DNA of 64,000 nt, from positions 124,001-188,000 of the forward strand of contig JBEUKZ010000058.1 in assembly GCA_048128005.1 (NCBI GenBank), given 5' to 3'. This DNA comes from Veleropilina oligotropha (taxonomy: Eukaryota). The stretch's first letter is position 1. Each line of letters opens with the position of its first letter. The notes below the pieces were generated by a model, which saw nothing but the letters and a program-made list of their open reading frames with translations, ran no database searches and was not told where the DNA came from. Both the position numbers and the translations under genes were made by a program. Below are positions 39,288 to 51,960 of the stretch, in pieces.

Positions 39288-40610
39288 TTAAAAGAGCATA
39301 GCCTGCATTTATCGCATAATGCGCTACAATGCCTTTAATACTTACATATATGTGGATGTTATAAAAAAGATGATTCAAAGTGAAAGAACCTACATTGTTT
39401 TCTGTTTCATAATAAAATAATTCCAGACGAAATCGTCGCTGAAATCGTTCGATCTATCCGCATTATAAATACGAAAGACGCGACCATTTCGTGCAATTCG
39501 GCAATTGACCATTAGACAATTTTTGAGTATACTTTTTATCGAAGCATGCAGACGCTATGTCAAAAATGACTAATTTATTTGTCTAAGTTGCATGTGATGT
39601 GACAGTATTGTAAAATAGTAATTTGGTGATAATTTTGCAGCTCAACTTTCCACAATGCCCAAGTTAACTTCGACAGTGGCCAACTTGACGAAATTTCATT
39701 CAACGAATAATAACACCATGTCTTGACCTTTTTGTAAAAAAGGACAAGACATTATCAAATGGTCCGTGTGTATATATAATTATATATCCGCACATTTATT
39801 TGAAAACCACCAGCGCAATTTTTACATTCCCACGACTAATTGTAGGTCGTGTATATAACTTTCGAGACGCAATATTTCAAAAATATGCATTTATTAAGCA
39901 CTTATGCGTGTTTGCTATATATTTTATGTCAAATAATTCAAGTAAATAGCAAAGACGTCATTACGACATCGCTTTTCATTAAACATCATTGGTGATGTCA
40001 CAATCGACAGTGAATTCATGAACTACGCTGATAACTTTTTCTGGCAGTGGAGATGCGCCCATGGCGGGCGACATCGATTGTCATTTTGTGCTGCCGCCTG
40101 GCACAAACGCCAAACAAGATGCTTTTAATTTTCTAAAGCAGGTATGAATTATAAATAATAGAACTCAATTTTGTTTCCTGCTATGATCGTAGTCACAAAT
40201 CCTTACACATTCGCCATGGACAACATTTTTACGATTTTAACAGCATCGTTCCATTTATGTCACTACATCAATGTCACTACCTTGAAGTAGATATTAATAT
40301 TATATTGTAGTTTGGCTACCGAATATATCTTTAATTTACTGTGTCCATTACTTTCGCCACATGTGGGTCCTAATTTATTTCGATATTAATTTTTTTCACT
40401 GTTCTGAAAATTTTACGGAAATATAGAAAAGGTCAAGACATATTTCGAACGCATCGTTCTTGTTTACTTTTAATTTGTAGGCGGTCCAGGGACCCGGCCT
40501 ACAGACTTTTTTGGAAAAATTGCAAAGTTTGGCTAAGTGGCAATAATTAATACATTTGCGGTCTAGGGTTTAAAATTAAAAGAGTTTTTCGCTACGGGCA
40601 ATGCAATTTT
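39288..40610. mobile_element. degenerate Kolobok-like copy with nested HINE-like insert (39717-40467)
   Basis: 39580-39695 matches 10460-10572, and 40490-40608 matches 11625-11750. Confidence 0.6.
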
Positions 40611-41764
40611 ATTGGTAATGGTATTCTGAACATATATACAAAGCGGTTTGATTCACGTTAGATAAATCATAACTGCATCAACGAATATCATCAGTTGTGA
40701 GATCGACTTCAATGCAGATAATGCCTGTGTGGTAACAATAAAACAAGATTGTATATATATTACGCTATACTGTATACTTTCCACAGAATGCTATGAGGTG
40801 CAGGATGGTACATCACAATTTATATATAATATTATAATTATGCAAGCTTAAATTATAACAATAATATTTCTGGTTACCAGAAATACATTTGTAAATAAAT
40901 AATAATTGTAAATTTGAATATATTATTTACATTGGAAGAAATATAATTTATATTTAATATGTACAACATATAAAAAATATTTCATAATTCTGAAAGTGCA
41001 TGGACTGCAACATTATTTAACAAATGACTATTATAAATTTGCAGATTATAACTTTAACAATACGTTATATTGCACTGATGTCATATGGACACACATTTGT
41101 CGTTACATTATTTTAGATATTGTGCCACTCACTCTGAAACTACTGCCTTCATAAATATGATGAAAGATAATATATGAATTTTTCAACCTTAGGCTAGTAA
41201 CTCGTCAGTTACGTTTGTCAGAGCCAATTGCAGCAAAGTCGAGCACATCACAATCTATCATGGCCATTTTCAATACTCGGACGTTAAGAATACACGTGTG
41301 CAACAATTTTTACAGAGAAATGGCAATCGATGGAATAAGGTCAAAATTAAGAACATACCGGCATTCGACAGGACAGCACTTCCCAATCACTACCAAAGAT
41401 TGTCATTCATTTTAAAGTCTGCAAAACAAGTTCAGAGTCTGGAAAATGAAGTACATTCCAAAATCCGAAATTATAAATGATAAAATATTTAAAGAAGCCA
41501 CACATATCAAGACATAGCAGACCCATTAGCTACGTGCTAACACGATTTTTTTAATGCATGGCCAGTCCGGTCATGTTACGAGATTTGCATTTGCATTTGA
41601 AAATGGCCAAGAAGGAAGGTTGAAATATTGTTGTTGGAATTTTTTTCTAATGTAAGAAATTTAACGTACATTCAATAATTATTCAAAATTAATATAAATA
41701 CAGCGAAGTTGCCTCATCACTTATTGCACTCACAACTTGGTACACGTAACTCCGGTCTGTGCCC

Positions 41765-42335
41765 TAGTCGGTACAGCCATCCAGCCATAGTCGGTACAGC
41801 CGTCCAGCCATAGTTGGTACAGCCGTCCAGCCATAGTCGGTACAGCCGTCCAGCCATAGTCGGTACAGCCGTCCAGCCATAGTCGGTACAGCCGTCCAGC
41901 CGTCCAGCCATAGTCGGTACAGCCATCCAGCCATAGTCGGTACAGCCGTCCAGCCGTAGTCAGTACAGCCATCCAGCCATAGTCGGTACAGCCATCCAGC
42001 CATAGTCGGTACAGCCGTCCAGCAATAGTCGGTACAGCCGTCCAGCCATAGTCGGTACAGCCATCCAGCCATAGTCTGTACAGCCGTCCAGCAATAGTCG
42101 GTACAGCCATCCAGCAATAGTCTGTACAGCCGTCCAGCCATAGTCGGTACAGCCATCCAGAAATAGTCGGTACAGCCATCCAGCAATAGCCGGTACAGCC
42201 GTCCAGCCATAGCCGGTACAGCCATAGTTGGTACAGCCGTCCAGCCATAGTCGGTACAGCCGTCCAGCCATAGTCGGTACAGCCATCCAGCCATAGTCGG
42301 TACAGCCGTTCAGCCGTAGTCGGTACAGCTGTCCA
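41765..42335. repeat. 23-bp minisatellite (~25 copies)
   Basis: tagtcggtacagccgtccagcca. Confidence 0.95.
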
Positions 42336-42597
42336 CTGTCAAATGTTCAATATATTTGCTTCAAATATGATACAATTTACAATTACTCCGGTTTCAGTCA
42401 TGTAGCGATTGTCTTCATTGATGTTGCAGTACTGCAGGCTATCAATAACTTCAGTGATGAAGTTATCAAAATATATCCTGTTTTTATTATATTTTGGTAA
42501 AGATGCAGCTAAAGAAAAACACAATTCTTATGTATTCCAGGTAAAGTTCATTCTGTAGGTGAACGCACTCTCTCCGCATGACATATCCTAAATGTTC

Positions 42598-42983
42598 AAT
42601 CAGCATGGTTGCCCGGTAACAGCTCAGATCAGCATGGTTGCCCGGTAACAGCCCTGATCAGTATGGTTGCCCAGTAACATCTTTGGATCAGCATGGTTGC
42701 CTGGCAACAGCTCCGATCAGCATGGTTGCCAGGGAACAGCTCTGATCAGCATGGTTGCCAGGCAACTTCTCTGATCAGCATGGTTGCCCGGTAACAGCTC
42801 CGATCAGCGTGGTTGTCCGGTAATAGCTCCGATTAGCATGGTTGCCGGGTAACAGTTCCAATCAGCATGGTTGCTGGGTAACAGCTCCAATCAGCATGGT
42901 TGCCGGGTAACAGCTCCAATCAGCATGGTTGCCGGGTAACAGCTCCAATCAGCATGGTTGCCGGGTAACAGCTCCAATCAGCA
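42598..42983. repeat. 29-bp minisatellite (~13 copies) overlapping the Rab27 stop codon
   Basis: tcagcatggttgccgggtaacagctccaa. The outermost TCAGCA is the TGC-TGA of the CDS. Confidence 0.95.
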
Positions 42984-43170
42984 GGCACACCTGGTTTCCT
43001 CATCCCCATCCTCACCGTCGTACTTCCCGAGGGATCGAGAGTTCTTCATCCCAGGCAGCTGTGACTTGTCGATGCAGCGCTCCATGCGGAGCATCACCAA
43101 GTCGAGCAGACTCTCGATCGACTTGGCAACGTTCTGACCCGTCATGGCGCTTGTCTCGAAGTATTGGAGC
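42978..43170 (-). CDS. RAB27: Rab27 GTPase, coding exon 5
   Basis: [14 protein letters not shown]...[14 protein letters not shown]...RCAC stop. Contains the G5 motif and a CXC prenylation signal. Confidence 0.93.
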
Positions 43171-43497
43171 CTGCAATGGACATGTACTAATTATCGCAGT
43201 TCTAAAGTCTATAATGATTCATTTCGTTTGATTCAGTTTATTTTTATGACCACATTTCAACAATTTCTTCATTCTGATCCTGGATTAACATCTCTATCTG
43301 ATAGACGGAGAATTTGCGCAATGGAGAAGACGTATGCACTTGCGACAAATTTTTGACACCTGGAAATCAAACTCAGGTAGTTAGCGTCGTGGTCCAGCAT
43401 CATAACCAAGAAGCTACGCCCCTCCTCGACTATAATGGATCGAGGTGTATAAAGTTGAAAACACTACAGCCTACAACAGACAAATACGGAAGCGAAA

Positions 43498-44536
43498 ACA
43501 TGCAATGGAGCCGGCAGCAGAAGATGGCTCAGGTTAATACATGCAATGGAGCCGGCAACAGAAGATGGAGGCTAATACATGCAATGGAGAGGGCAACAGA
43601 CGATGGAGGCTAATACATGCAATGGAGCCGGCAACAGAAGATGGAGGCTAATACATGCAATGGAGCCGGCAACAGAAGATGGAGGCTAATACATGCAATG
43701 GAGCCGGCAACAGAAGATGGAGGCTAATACATGCAATGGAGCCGGCAACAGAAGATGGAGGCTAATACATGCAATGGAGCCGGCAACAGAAGATGGAGGC
43801 TAATACATGCAATGGAGCCGGCAACAGAAGATGGAGGCTAATACATGCAATGGAGCCGGCAACAGAAGATGGAGGCTAATACATGCAATGGAGCCGGCAA
43901 CAGAAGATGGGGGCTAATACATGCAATGGAGCCGGCAACAGAAGATGGAGGCTAATACATGCAATGGAGCCGGCAACAGAAGATGGAGGCTAATACATGC
44001 AATGGAGCCGGCAACAGAAGATGGAGGCTAATACATGCAATGGAGCCGGCAACAGAAGATGGAGGCTAATACATGCAATGGAGCCGGCAACAGAAGATGG
44101 AGGCTAATACATGCAATGGAGCCGGCAACAGAAGATGGAGGCTAATACATGCAATGGAGCCGGCAACAGAAGATGGGGGCTAATACATGCAATGGAGCCG
44201 GCAACAGAAGATGGGGGCTAATACATGCAATGGAGCCGGCAACAGAAGATGGAGGCTAATACATGCAATGGAGCCGGCAACAGAAGATGGAGGCTAATAC
44301 GTACATGCAATGGAGCTGGCAACATAAGATGGAGGCTAGTACATGCAATGGAGCCGGCAACATAAGATGGAGGCTAATACATGCAATGGAGCCGGCAACA
44401 GAAGATGGGGGCTAATACATGCAATGGAGCCGGCAACAGAAGATGGAGGCTAATACATGCACTGGAGCCGGCAACAGAAGATGGAGGCTAATACATGCAA
44501 TGGAGCCGGCAACAGAAGATGGAGGTTAATACATGC
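43498..44536. repeat. 38-bp minisatellite (~27 copies)
   Basis: atacatgcaatggagccggcaacagaagatggaggcta. Confidence 0.95.
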
Positions 44537-44865
44537 GTCCTACAGCAAATACAACGTGGAATAATGGCAAGATATAGAGAAATATTCAGGCCGGAATATC
44601 ACACTAAACTGTACCAATTTGATGGCATGGGATCAAACTGGCTTATAATTACTAGATGCAATTATTTAGATTTTTTAATCATCGCAGTCCAAAATTGGAC
44701 AAATAGGTTAAGTTTCACTGGAAAATCCAAGATTTCCTACCGTAGTCAAGTGATTATACATAAGATGAGCCTGGCCGTTTCTTGGGACAATAAACTCCAA
44801 TTCAAATACACAATTCCTAATAAATTTACCAGTTTTACGTTTATACTTGATTTATGTTTCCGTAC

Positions 44866-45093
44866 CCATACTTGTCTGCCATTTCCCGCGCTCGCTCATC
44901 CGTGATTTTCCTTTGGTCTTCCAGGTCGGATTTGTTCCCACATAACACAATGTCCGGATTCTCAAAACATGCATGAGTCTGTAGCTGCGTCAACCAGTTC
45001 CGAATGTTGAGGAACGATTGCTCACTGGTCAAATCAAACAATAACAAAAATCCCATCGCATCACGGAAGAAGGCCGTTGTTAAACTTCTGAAC
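44866..45093 (-). CDS. RAB27: Rab27 GTPase, coding exon 4
   Basis: [34 protein letters not shown]...[14 protein letters not shown], diagnostic of Rab27. Confidence 0.97.
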
Positions 45094-45769
45094 CTAAAAT
45101 TAAAATGTATTAAAGTATTTCTGGTAGTTTCTGTTTGAAAAAATGTCATGTGATATAAAGGCAACAAATTCATCAAACAGAAAATAAGCGTAACAGGTGA
45201 ACTCTTATTTCTCTGAGCGGGATTATGTAAGGAGCAAAGATGGAAGTATAACATCGAAAGTCATACTTGAAACTGTGAGATGCATATTTTACCTATAACG
45301 TAATCTACATACAAGCATTATGTGTCACAGATCAACAGGTTGGAACCAGTAAACTTATACTTAAAGATTATGTAATCAATCATTTTCACACATGCAACTT
45401 CATCTGTCTAAATTAGTAGTGAATTAAAAACATCAATCGGTCAACTATATCAATAATGGTGACAGTCTGAGAAGATTCTGCTCAATTGTTGTTAGTCGGT
45501 CTGTGAATCCATAAATTTGGAGATATTTGTGAAGTTATGAGACATCGATTGTGTCACCGCCACAAGACTGGATAATGACTCTAAACCTGCAATGTAATCC
45601 TTTAACTTGTTTCCACCATGAATGTAGCCACACTATTGTATATGTTCCCGCAAGCTATAGGCATTCCCCAAGTATTGGATAACAATGAGACTATATTATC
45701 TAATTAAAATACTTCTATAATATATGGATGCCATCTGATTATGGCAACATGAAGGGATAATTTCACTTT

Positions 45770-46210
45770 GAGCGTATTGACTGATATACATGGTAGGTAA
45801 CTTCAAATCGGGCATATTGACCGACCATCAAGGTAGATAACTCCACATCAGATATATTGACCGACATACAGGGTACATAACCCCACATGTGGTGGGTGGG
45901 GTGGGGTGATTCACCGATACACAGGGTCCGTAACTCCATATATGGTGTATTGATAGATATACAAGGTATATAACTCTGCATCGGGCGCATTGATCGACAT
46001 CGGTCATAATTGACAGACATACAGGGTATATAACTCCCCATCGGGCGTATTGACTGACATACAGGGTATATAACTCCCCATCGGGCGTATTGACTGACAT
46101 ACAGGGTATATAACTCCCCATCAGGCGTATTGGCCGAAATAAAGCGTATATAACTCGACATGGGGCGTATTCACCGATATACAAGGTAGATAACTCTGCA
46201 TCGGTATTTT
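45770..46210. repeat. degenerate 40-bp minisatellite abutting the Rab27 exon 3 donor
   Basis: gtattgactgacatacagggtatataactccccatcgggc units. Confidence 0.85.
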
Positions 46211-46223
46211 GCCCGAGACTGAC

Positions 46224-46309
46224 CTTTCTTGACCTGCTGTGTCCCACAATTGCAGATGGATCCTCTGACTTCGGCCAACTGACCCGTCCACTCCCGATAC
46301 CCGGTGCAC
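46224..46309 (-). CDS. RAB27: Rab27 GTPase, coding exon 3
   Basis: [29 protein letters not shown]: Rab27-specific insert plus G3 motif. Confidence 0.95.
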
Positions 46310-47177
46310 CTGACAGAGATATATAGACAAATTAAACCTGGTCCAATTCGTTGATTTAAATGACTCTTGGTCACAATGATCACGAGGCAAAGCGATGTAT
46401 GCATGGATCATAATATATTTCAGCGAAAGTCAGTTAAGACATTTTCACACCAGAACAGTAAAATAGCACGAATATAACTACTAAATAATTGATTAAATAC
46501 AATAATACAACTTCTTAAATTGATATTACAAAGGATACACATTACAAGAAATAAAAGTTTGGTATCCGAGTTTGTAAAATTCAGTCTTCATTCAAATTTT
46601 GTAAACTATCAGTCATGTAAAATAACGATCCAAGGCTAAGGGTAAATTGGCATAGTGGTAATATATCTGTTATTAATGTATCCTATGAGGGCACAAAGAT
46701 TTCATCACATAAATCTAGGTATCAGCTTGGAGCCATGCAGCACTTGTCCTGTGGTATGATTTACTGGCATCCTGGCTTCATCTGCTGACCTTCGGGTCAT
46801 CTGCTGACCTTCGGGTCATCTGCTGACCTTCGGGTCATCATGAAGTATTGGAAGTCTTTCTTGATGCAATCAGTCTGCATGACTGGGTCATTACTGCGAT
46901 AATGCATACATAATTGCATTACGACTGGGGATTATGGAGTTCGGGTTAAATATTGTGGTACATAATTCATCGAGTACGATTATCTACGTCAAAAGTCTAA
47001 ATATCAGCACTATTCCAACCCCAGAGGAATACCGCTCTACGCCAGCAACCACGGTGAGATAACAGAATGATATCCTACTACAAATAGTAGACGAGGCGAG
47101 TCACTACAGTATAATCAATATTTTTTCAGCGGGATAGCGTTAACCCATAATAGTACCCAAAAATATTTGGCAGGCAG

Positions 47178-47367
47178 TTAATTGACAGCCATGTATTCAG
47201 ATCTGTCATGGGTGTTAATTGACAGCCATGTATTCAGATCTGTCATGGGTGTTAATTGACAGCCATGTATTCAGATCCGTCATGGGTGTTAATTGACAGC
47301 CATTATTCAGATCTGTCATGGGTGTTAATTGACAGCCATGTATTCAGATGTCATGGGTGTTAATTGA
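47178..47367. repeat. ~37-bp tandem repeat (5 copies)
   Basis: ttaattgacagccatgtattcagatctgtcatgggtg. Confidence 0.9.
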
Positions 47368-47409
47368 TATTTGGCAGGCAGAGGGTTAAAGTGCCTTCAA
47401 TGATCACAA

Positions 47410-48968
47410 TAAGTGAAGGAGATAGGCCGAAAAGTGTCCATTATGTCAGATAATAGACAGTTCGAGGCGCGTTAGCGCCGAGAACTGTCTATTATCTGAC
47501 ATAATGGACACTTTGAGGCGTATCTCCGACTTAAATCATTGCATGCTTCCCCATTGTATTCATATTGGATACGTCTCTGTTTCCTAATTTGTCATATCAA
47601 TGGACAATCATCAGCAGATGGTCTTTGTTATCCTAATTAGGCAAACATGCAGGATAATTTTGACAATGCTGAAAAATCATGCTGCGCGTGGATGTTCATT
47701 TCTCAATGTTGTCAAAATTCACCGACATTTGTTTGGATATCATAGCGGTGTAAACCTCTGGTCTTAGTTACAAAAGGTACGATATTTAAAATAGCAAATT
47801 TTAATTTGTATAGAATATTGGTGCTGTTTAATTTATACATACTGTTTTAGACTATCATCAACAGCTGAAAACTGACAAAACTATAATGTTAGAGTATAAT
47901 TTTCACGGGGAATATAATATTGGTGTTTAGCTGCACGAATCATCGAAACATTAATTACGTTTATGCATTGATTCTGCACTTAAAATTAAATGTAAAACCA
48001 CAGTCGCATAGCGTTGGCATTCATGAATGAGTTGGAACAGATTTTTATGGTGAACTAATTTTTATCTAGAAATGACACCTGGCCGATTGCGGACGGTCAG
48101 TATCATTTCTGGAATTGGTTCCACCTAAACTTTGCTTGTATCTATTGGTGAAACAAGACATTTACTGATTTTGGATACTTGTTTTCGTTCTTTCTTTAAT
48201 ATTATTTCTGTATTTTCAGCGTCCCATATCTGTAATGGATTATAATTTAAACCATAAAGAGAATTTCGGGCATTGGATGGACCTATGCGATGGATTAAAA
48301 CGAATGGATGTACTCCTAATCTGGTAATAATGGAGAAATATGCATTTGATTTACAAGGTTTATTGGATTATCATGATTATTCGCATTCTTTTCGGAATCC
48401 GATAGATGGAATTATGAATTGTGATTGATCAAATATGATCCAAACACGTTATACGAAATATTCATCTCCGTCATCATCGTCAACATTATATGTGATATTT
48501 ACGGTCGTATTTGGAGGATATATAAAGGATATATCCAAGATGAAATTCGTGATAGAAAGAAAAAATGCTACCTACAACTCGTGATAAAGAAAAGATATTT
48601 CTTCAATGGATATACATAATATTATATCGATAAAAATATATATTGTATTGTCATATTTATTTTGAACTTCTGCAAACTGGAGTAAGTGTCCATTAAACGC
48701 TTTACAAATTGCCTTTTTGTTGTTGTTTTAGCGCATGTGAAAGTCAATTGTTACCTTGCTGATCATTTGTACATTATATCTGAAATAATTGTCTATTTTT
48801 AGTTTGTCACTGTCCATTATTTCACTGTCCATTATTATAATACTAGACACCTAGCCGAAATAATGGACAGCAGCCAATTAATAATAGACTGTTACTTCAT
48901 GCTTGCAGTACATTATGCCACATAATGGTTGCTAAGAACAATGGGTGACGTCACAGCTGTGATTTAAA
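47410..48968. mobile_element. palindromic Crypton-like non-autonomous element (long copy)
   Basis: Perfect 33-bp arms 47431-47463 / 47482-47514 around GAGGCGCGTTAGCGCCGA. Second hairpin at 48826-48870. Ends tgacgtca...tgatttaaa. Confidence 0.5.
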
Positions 48969-49024
48969 TGTTAGAAATAAAGAACTTATGATACGAGGAC
49001 AATTATCAAGCCATATATACTTAC

Positions 49025-49131
49025 TACACGCTTTTCTTTGAAGTCTATTCCCACAGTGGAGATAAATTTGGAGTTAAACGTGTGATCTGTGTATTGGTAA
49101 AGTAAACTTGTTTTTCCTACACCAGAGTCAC
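49025..49131 (-). CDS. RAB27: Rab27 GTPase, coding exon 2
   Basis: (G)[35 protein letters not shown] (P-loop and switch I). AG/GT bounded. Confidence 0.95.
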
Positions 49132-50730
49132 CTAAAGTAATCAAAACAGTGGCATATAATGGTCATGATTATGTGTAAAATGATAAAATGGTAGCTATTA
49201 TATATAATGTACATGATATATAATAATGGTCGCTATTATGTATAAATTTAATATGCATGGGTTAGATTAGATCGATACTTAATATCTCCTGTATATTTAC
49301 AACCTTCAGGTTCAAACCACGACGTCCAAATTATTGTGGAAGGAAAGCCCGGTCGTCCAGGGAAACTCACCCTCTCTGGGCAGCTACGGACAACTGTGAT
49401 TGATAACAGAACAAAGAATGCCATTGCCCAAACCAAAATTTCAACGCAATGCCTGTTTGTCAGAGCATGCAGTTATTACGAGTCAGTGATTTCAGAGTTT
49501 GTACTTGAGATCTCACTACTACCAGAGCGGCCTCACTAGATGCATGGTATAATGGTCGGTAATATGAGGTTTTTAAGTAAACCTAATATTAGTTAAAACA
49601 TACTTACGTCCTTACACTTGCCATAATAGTCATATTATGGCCAACCGGAAACAGTGAATAATGTCACATTTTATGCACTATTAAGTCAAAACACTACGAT
49701 TACCTCCCCTGCTCCCCCTCTCTAAGTTCCCCCGGCGAGATCTCGCCAAGTCTCGCGAGATGTCTGAGCTCAAGGTCACAAGGCCTCAATTCAAAGTTCA
49801 GAACACCAAAGGAACTTAGCAAGAGGGGAGGAATGCGAAAGCGCAGGGTGGGTAATCGTAGTAAGGACGTAAGTATGTTTTAACTAATATTAGGTTTACT
49901 TAAAAACCTCATATGTAGTTACAAACTTACTTACCTCCTTACACTTGCCAGAATGACCTTGGATAGGTGGGTAAGAAGTTCCTTACAACAATCCCAAACA
50001 AGATTATGACTTACTTTTCACCATATCAATCAGCTTGACGCGACGATTGTGTCCGCTCAGAGTGGAATCTGCTGAGTATTATATTCTACTCTTACCAGGC
50101 GAGAATCTCGATCAGTGAAACCGGGAGAATACGCCGTGGTGTTAGTCGGACAAGGTGAATCGGAAGTGCAATCAGCCCCAGGCACGGCCGGAAGGAAGAT
50201 CCTTGTAGGCCTTACGTGTCATGGACCAGTGGCAGCCAACTGGTACTCCGGGCCATAGGCCGCTTAGCCAGAGGAAGCAGTCGGATTTGTAGTCACACGG
50301 AACCTAATAGGTTGTGAAGACAGCAAAGAATTAATAGATTATAATAAATAATCGATATCAATAAGTAATTCGCATGACCAACTTGCGTACATGAGTACAT
50401 GTTACTTAAAATAAATTTTAAGGAAGCAAATATTAAATTTTTTTCAATGTCTTGAACATTGTATGTTCCATAACAGCATAGAACATCAATAATATTGAAC
50501 CTCAAAATCCTATAAGATTTTTTGCAATTATAAATGTTTATTAAATTCAATGTGAACTGGCCTGTCAAAATACTCAGGTATGACATGAAAGTATCAAGAT
50601 CTTAAAATGTTTTTAAGAAATGAACATACATTGAATCGCCTCATAATGTGTCTATTTCATAGAACACCTAGGCATAACAATAACATTGCTTCAGCACGAA
50701 GTATTAAATTGATAAATCGAGAAACAATAC

Positions 50731-51960
50731 TCACTGATTAGACGACCTTTGTCTAATAATATATCGTTGAGCAGCTACACATTGTAGACTGCTCAACCCA
50801 TCAGCCTCATGGAATAATCCCGCAGGTAATGTTTAACAAAAACATTTGGATTCTTCCAGTAACCTGCTTGAAGCAACGCTGAGCAAATGCACGGACCTCG
50901 TGCGCGCGGACTGATACAATAGTGCGGTCTACTTTTTCACAGCGAGAGTATAAGTCTCTCACCACCTGTGAAATTCACCGCGAAACAGTCGTCTTCGTAA
51001 TGTCGCGGGTATAGGAAGGTAAATACAAAATAAATAGACGTAGTTTTCCTTGCCGCATATCACGGGTCCTGTCGAGGTAGTATCGTAGGGCACGCACAGA
51101 ACAGTTTAATCGGTCCACATCGTGTCTTCCGACCAGCGTAAGCTTGGGGATAACGATATCGGGGGCGTCTTCGTTCGGCCGTTGATTCTTGGCGAGGAAA
51201 CCCAAGATAGGACGCAGCATCACCGACCCGTCTGACTGGAAACGAACGTCTCGTAGCTCTGCGGATAGACTATGAATTTCTGAACAACGCCTGCCCGACG
51301 CTAAGGCGATAAGCAAAACCGTTTTGTGGACGATGTTCCAGGCAGACGGCCGTATCGTGCGGGTCGGCATTTCGAGTTCGTAAGATCGTATAAAATCCGA
51401 AATCGTTCGGTCGCTAGACAGGCTAACACGGGCACGGCACTGTTTTAACGTGGACGTGGTCGCGACCATTGCCCGATAGCCTTTGACGGCGGACACTGAC
51501 ATTCCGCGTTCGAAGAGCGACGATAGAAACTCGATCAATTTGTTCACAGGGGGGCGGAGAATATTGACCTGCCGGCTGTGACACCAATCCACGTATTTGA
51601 CCCATCGGTAGTCGTAGACTTTAGACGTGGAAAGCCTTCTCGATCGATAGATGCGTAGGGCTGTAGCGAGAGAAAATCCTTTCTTAGCGAGGGATCGTTC
51701 GATAACCGCCAGGCGTGTAAACGTAAGTCGTTCGGAGACGGGTGTAACACACGGGTGCGCGCCTGCATTAACAGGTCCGGTCTCTGCGGGAGCGCTAACG
51801 GTCGATCGACGATCAGATCGAGGAGGGTCGGAAACCAAGGTTGCGTGCGATACAGGGGCGCGATTAGCGTTATCTCGCAACGTTCGTTCGATGCCTTCTG
51901 TAGTACGAGTGTCAGGATGCACGACGGGGGGAAGGCATACGCGGACAGATTCTCCCATGT
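50731..51960 (-). pseudogene. DIRS tyrosine recombinase (disrupted)
   Basis: LIALASGRRCSE, then after a stop RAHEVRAF and AGYWKNPNVFVKHYLRD (R-HxxR-W-Y set). Deletions and frameshifts. Confidence 0.85.

Noticed and set aside
41178..41215. Possible hammerhead ribozyme core (CTGACGAG...GAAA, minus strand)
   Set aside because: Stem II does not pair and no stems I/III are evident.
48220..48620. Possible exon or ORF inside the Crypton-like element
   Set aside because: Short frames with early stops and no recognisable motif.
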